DNA of 30,900 nucleotides from a virus (taxonomy: Duplodnaviria > Heunggongvirae > Uroviricota > Caudoviricetes), in IMG/VR virus record IMGVR_UViG_2617270950_000011; one strand, 5' to 3'. Positions 28,046-30,900 of the stretch are shown here, in pieces. A program made the translations under genes and the position numbers. The notes beneath the pieces were generated by a model. It was not told the DNA's origin and did not search any database. It saw only the letters and a list, made by a program, of their open reading frames with translations. Each line of letters starts with the position of its first letter. Position 1 is the first letter of the stretch.

Positions 28046-28125
28046 CGCTGCCGCCATTTTGTCGCCATCGTTAAAAAACAGTTCTTCTAACATCATGATT
28101 TTAAACGGTATAAATTTCAGGCAAC

Positions 28126-28168
28126 AAAAAACCCATCAACCTTGAACCGAAATGGCGGGGTTGATGGG
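28126..28168 (-). terminator. Intrinsic terminator downstream of ybjL
   Basis: 10-bp perfect stem (CCCATCAACC / GGTTGATGGG, 28132-28141 and 28159-28168) followed on the minus strand by TTTTTT (28131-28126). Confidence 0.5.
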
Positions 28169-28280
28169 CTCCACAAAATGGGGACATCAAAGAAAAGCAG
28201 TGGCACTAATTAAGACTGATGCCCTGCGGAAAAGTTCTGCGGTTGTGCAAAAAAATTTCATTTTCAGGGCAACTTCAGTT

Positions 28281-29966
28281 TTATCCTAATCCTGGCCATA
28301 CCATGACGATGATTGTCCCTGCCAGCGTCAGCAGGACGTTGGCGATTGCATAGGTGCCCGCATAGCCCAGCGCCGGGATGTTACTGCGAGCTGTATCACT
28401 GATGATCTCCATTGCCGGCGCGCAGGTACGTGCGCCCATCATTGCGCCGAACAACAGCGCGCGGTTCATTCGCAATACATAAGCACCGAACAAGAAACAG
28501 ATAACCACGGGCACCAGACTGACAATCAATCCGGCAATCAACATCTGACCGCCAATCGCGCCCAGGCCGTTATTAATACCGCTACCGGCGCTCAGACCAA
28601 CGCCTGCCATAAACACCATCAAGCCGAACTCTTTCACCATGCTTAATGCACCCTGCGGAATGTAACCGAAGGTCGGGTGGTTAGCACGCATAAAGCCCAG
28701 CATAATTCCGGCGAATAACAACCCGGCAGCGTTCCCCATGCCGAAACTGAATGTGCTGAACTGGAAGGTGATCATCCCGATCATCAGCCCAATAACAAAG
28801 AAGGCGCAGAATGCCAGCAGGTCAGTGACCTGGCTGTGAATCGAGATAAAGCCGATGCGATCGGCGATGGTTTTTACGCGGCGGGCATCGCCGCTGACTT
28901 GTAAAACGTCACCTTTGTTAAGCACGACGTTGTCATCTATCGGCATCTCAATCTGGCTACGAATGACGCGGTTAAGGAAGCAACCGTGATCGGTCAACTT
29001 CAGTTGTGCGAGACGTTTACCTACAGCGTTATGGTTTTTAACGACCACTTCTTCAGTGACGATACGCATGTCGAGAAGGTCACGATCGAAAACTTCTTTA
29101 CCGTTACGGAAGCTGGGATCGAGTCGGGCATGGGCGTCGGGATAGCCTACCAACGCTATTTCATCGCCCATTTGTAGCACGGCATCACCGTCTGGATTTG
29201 CCAGAATCCCGTTACGTCGAATACGTTCAATGTAGCAGCCGGTTTGTCGATAAATACCCAGTTCACGCAGATTTTTGCCGTCGGTCCAGGCCACCAGTTC
29301 CGGGCCGACGCGATAGGCGCGGATCACCGGTAAATAAACCTTACGGTTGGCATCAGTGTCCAGGCCACGTTCGCGGGCGATTTGCTGGGCGCTGGTCTGT
29401 AAGTCCTGATGCTGCAATTTCGGCAAGTAACGCGCACCAACAATCAAACTCACCAGACCGATTAAATAGGTTAAGGCATACCCGAGGCTCAGATTATCCA
29501 GTGCCAGTGAGAGCTGCCTGCTTTCCATGCCGGAATGACGCAGTGTATCGCCAGCACCGACCAGAACCGGTGTCGACGTCATAGAGCCTGCTAACATACC
29601 GGCCGTCAGGCCAATATCCCAGCCAAACAGCTTACCTAACCCTAAGGCGATCACCAGCGCACTGCCAACCATCACCAGTGCTAACATTAGGTAATTTTTC
29701 CCATCGCGAAAAAAAATGGAAAAAAAGTTCGGTCCGGCTTCGACCCCGACGCAGAAAATAAACAGCATAAAGCCAAGATTAAGCGCATCGGTGTTAATGC
29801 TGAAATGTTGTTGGCCTAATAACAGCGATACGACTAAAACGCCAATGGAATTACCCAGTTGGATCGAACCAAGTCGTAACTTTCCGAGACATAGCCCAAG
29901 CGCGAGGACCACAAATAATAACAGAATGTAATTCCCATTTAACAATTCGGCGACGTTTATATTCAC
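28281..29966 (-). CDS. ybjL: Putative transporter YbjL (host gene)
   Basis: 561-aa polytopic membrane protein with two central soluble domains; recognised as E. coli YbjL from sequence and from the ybjL-ybjM-grxA arrangement. Confidence 0.85.
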
Positions 29967-30235
29967 GGAGGCTAACTTCTTGTTTACTAGTAAGCTGTTG
30001 AAAGAAATGGTAATTTACGATAATGTTTTTTACCAGAATTCAGGGCGCAGATTCATTCAGCGCACCTAAACGATAGTAAAGCAACAATATATTTTACTAG
30101 TGTAATCACATTAGGTATCAACGGCTATATGAATTGCGTTGGCCTATATTAGCATGGAATGCGAAGCGGCTTTATCTTACTGAACGCCACACTGGCGAAA
30201 AATGTGTTCGATAGACGCAGTGTCAGGAGGAACGA

Positions 30236-30613
30236 GTGAAACATAAACAACGTTGGGCGGGGGCAATCTGCTGTTTTGTCCTCTTCATTGTGGTGTGCCT
30301 TTTTCTGGCGACGCACATGAAAGGCGCTTTTCGGGCTGCCGGGCATCCTGAAATCGGCTTGCTATTTTTCATTCTTCCTGGAGCAGTCGCCAGCTTCTTT
30401 TCACAGCGTAGAGAAGTCCTGAAACCTCTGTTTGGCGCAATGCTGGCGGCACCCTGTTCGATGCTCATTATGCGGCTGTTTTTTTCACCGACGCGCTCAT
30501 TCTGGCAAGAGCTGGCATGGTTACTAAGCGCGGTGTTCTGGTGTGCGCTGGGGGCACTGTGTTTCTTATTTATCAGTAGTTTGTTTAAACCACAGCACAG
30601 AAAAAATCAGTAA
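30236..30613 (+). CDS. ybjM: Inner membrane protein YbjM (host gene)
   Basis: 125-aa hydrophobic ORF between ybjL and grxA, as in E. coli K-12. Confidence 0.8.
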   Translation: MKHKQRWAGAICCFVLFIVVCLFLATHMKGAFRAAGHPEIGLLFFILPGAVASFFSQRREVLKPLFGAMLAAPCSMLIMRLFFSPTRSFWQELAWLLSAVFWCALGALCFLFISSLFKPQHRKNQ

Positions 30614-30633
30614 AGCCCTCAACGCGAGGGCTT
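30613..30633. terminator. Hairpin between convergent ybjM and grxA
   Basis: AAGCCCTC-aacgc-GAGGGCTT immediately after the ybjM stop and before the grxA stop. Confidence 0.5.
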
Positions 30634-30642
30634 GTCAGACGA

Positions 30643-30900
30643 TCAGGCGTCCAGATTTTCTTTCACCCATGCAGCAAAATCGGTATAGCCGCCGATATGT
30701 TGCTGATCGACAAAAATCTGCGGCACGGTTTCTACGGGTTTACCTGCCTTTTGTTGTAGATCTTCTTTAGTGATCCCTTCCGCACGAATATCTACATACT
30801 GATACTGAAAATCATCGCGTTCATTGCTCAATTTCTCAGCCAGATCTTTTGCACGCACACAGTAAGGGCAACCCGAACGACCAAAAATAACGGTTTGCAT
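30643..30900 (-). CDS. grxA: Glutaredoxin 1 (host gene)
   Basis: 85 aa, MQTVIFGRSGCPYCVRAKDLAEKL... with the CPYC active site; essentially identical to E. coli GrxA as recalled; start codon at the window's last bases. Confidence 0.9.
   Translation of the reverse strand: MQTVIFGRSGCPYCVRAKDLAEKLSNERDDFQYQYVDIRAEGITKEDLQQKAGKPVETVPQIFVDQQHIGGYTDFAAWVKENLDA

Larger units (their letters stand above)
13650..28125. mobile_element. P2/186-like prophage remnant (gene A homologue to ogr) with multiple internal deletions and cargo at both P2 cargo positions
   Basis: Gene order matches the P2 prophage map: A, tin/old-position cargo, P/Q remnants, fibre/assembly remnants, Z/fun-position cargo, FI, FII-D fusion, ogr, then host DNA. 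Left boundary is approximate. Confidence 0.65.

Noticed and set aside
1-30900. CRISPR arrays, rRNA or tRNA genes, IS elements
   Set aside because: No regularly spaced direct repeats, no rRNA-like segments and no IS-type terminal inverted repeats with a transposase were seen; a tRNA scan by eye is not exhaustive and should be repeated with tRNAscan.

Overview
This window reads as an Escherichia coli-type chromosome segment in which about 28 kb of decayed, composite prophage DNA abuts the conserved host genes ybjL, ybjM and grxA at the right edge. All identifications come from reading the translations and motifs by eye; no database search was possible, and homologue sequences are recalled from memory. 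The left ~13.5 kb is a Mu-like element on the minus strand: Ner-like regulator, a truncated DDE transposase, then a full contractile-tail gene string ending in a tail fibre that runs off the window start, with a divergent CI-type repressor. No head or lysis genes are present in the window. The right ~14.5 kb is a P2/186-like remnant: a gene A homologue that appears to lack its catalytic core, a LexA-box-controlled small-protein/DinI-like pair, a terminase fragment joined to a portal fragment, lysozyme and tail-fibre fragments, tail fibre assembly, sheath FI, an in-frame FII-D fusion and ogr. Despite this decay, cargo is retained at both classical P2 cargo positions. At the tin/old position sit DarT-DarG and a 607-aa uncharacterised protein (tentatively AIPR-like, with a PD-(D/E)xK-type motif), which is my best candidate for an under-described system. 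At the Z/fun position sits a very AT-rich acyltransferase-3 gene.
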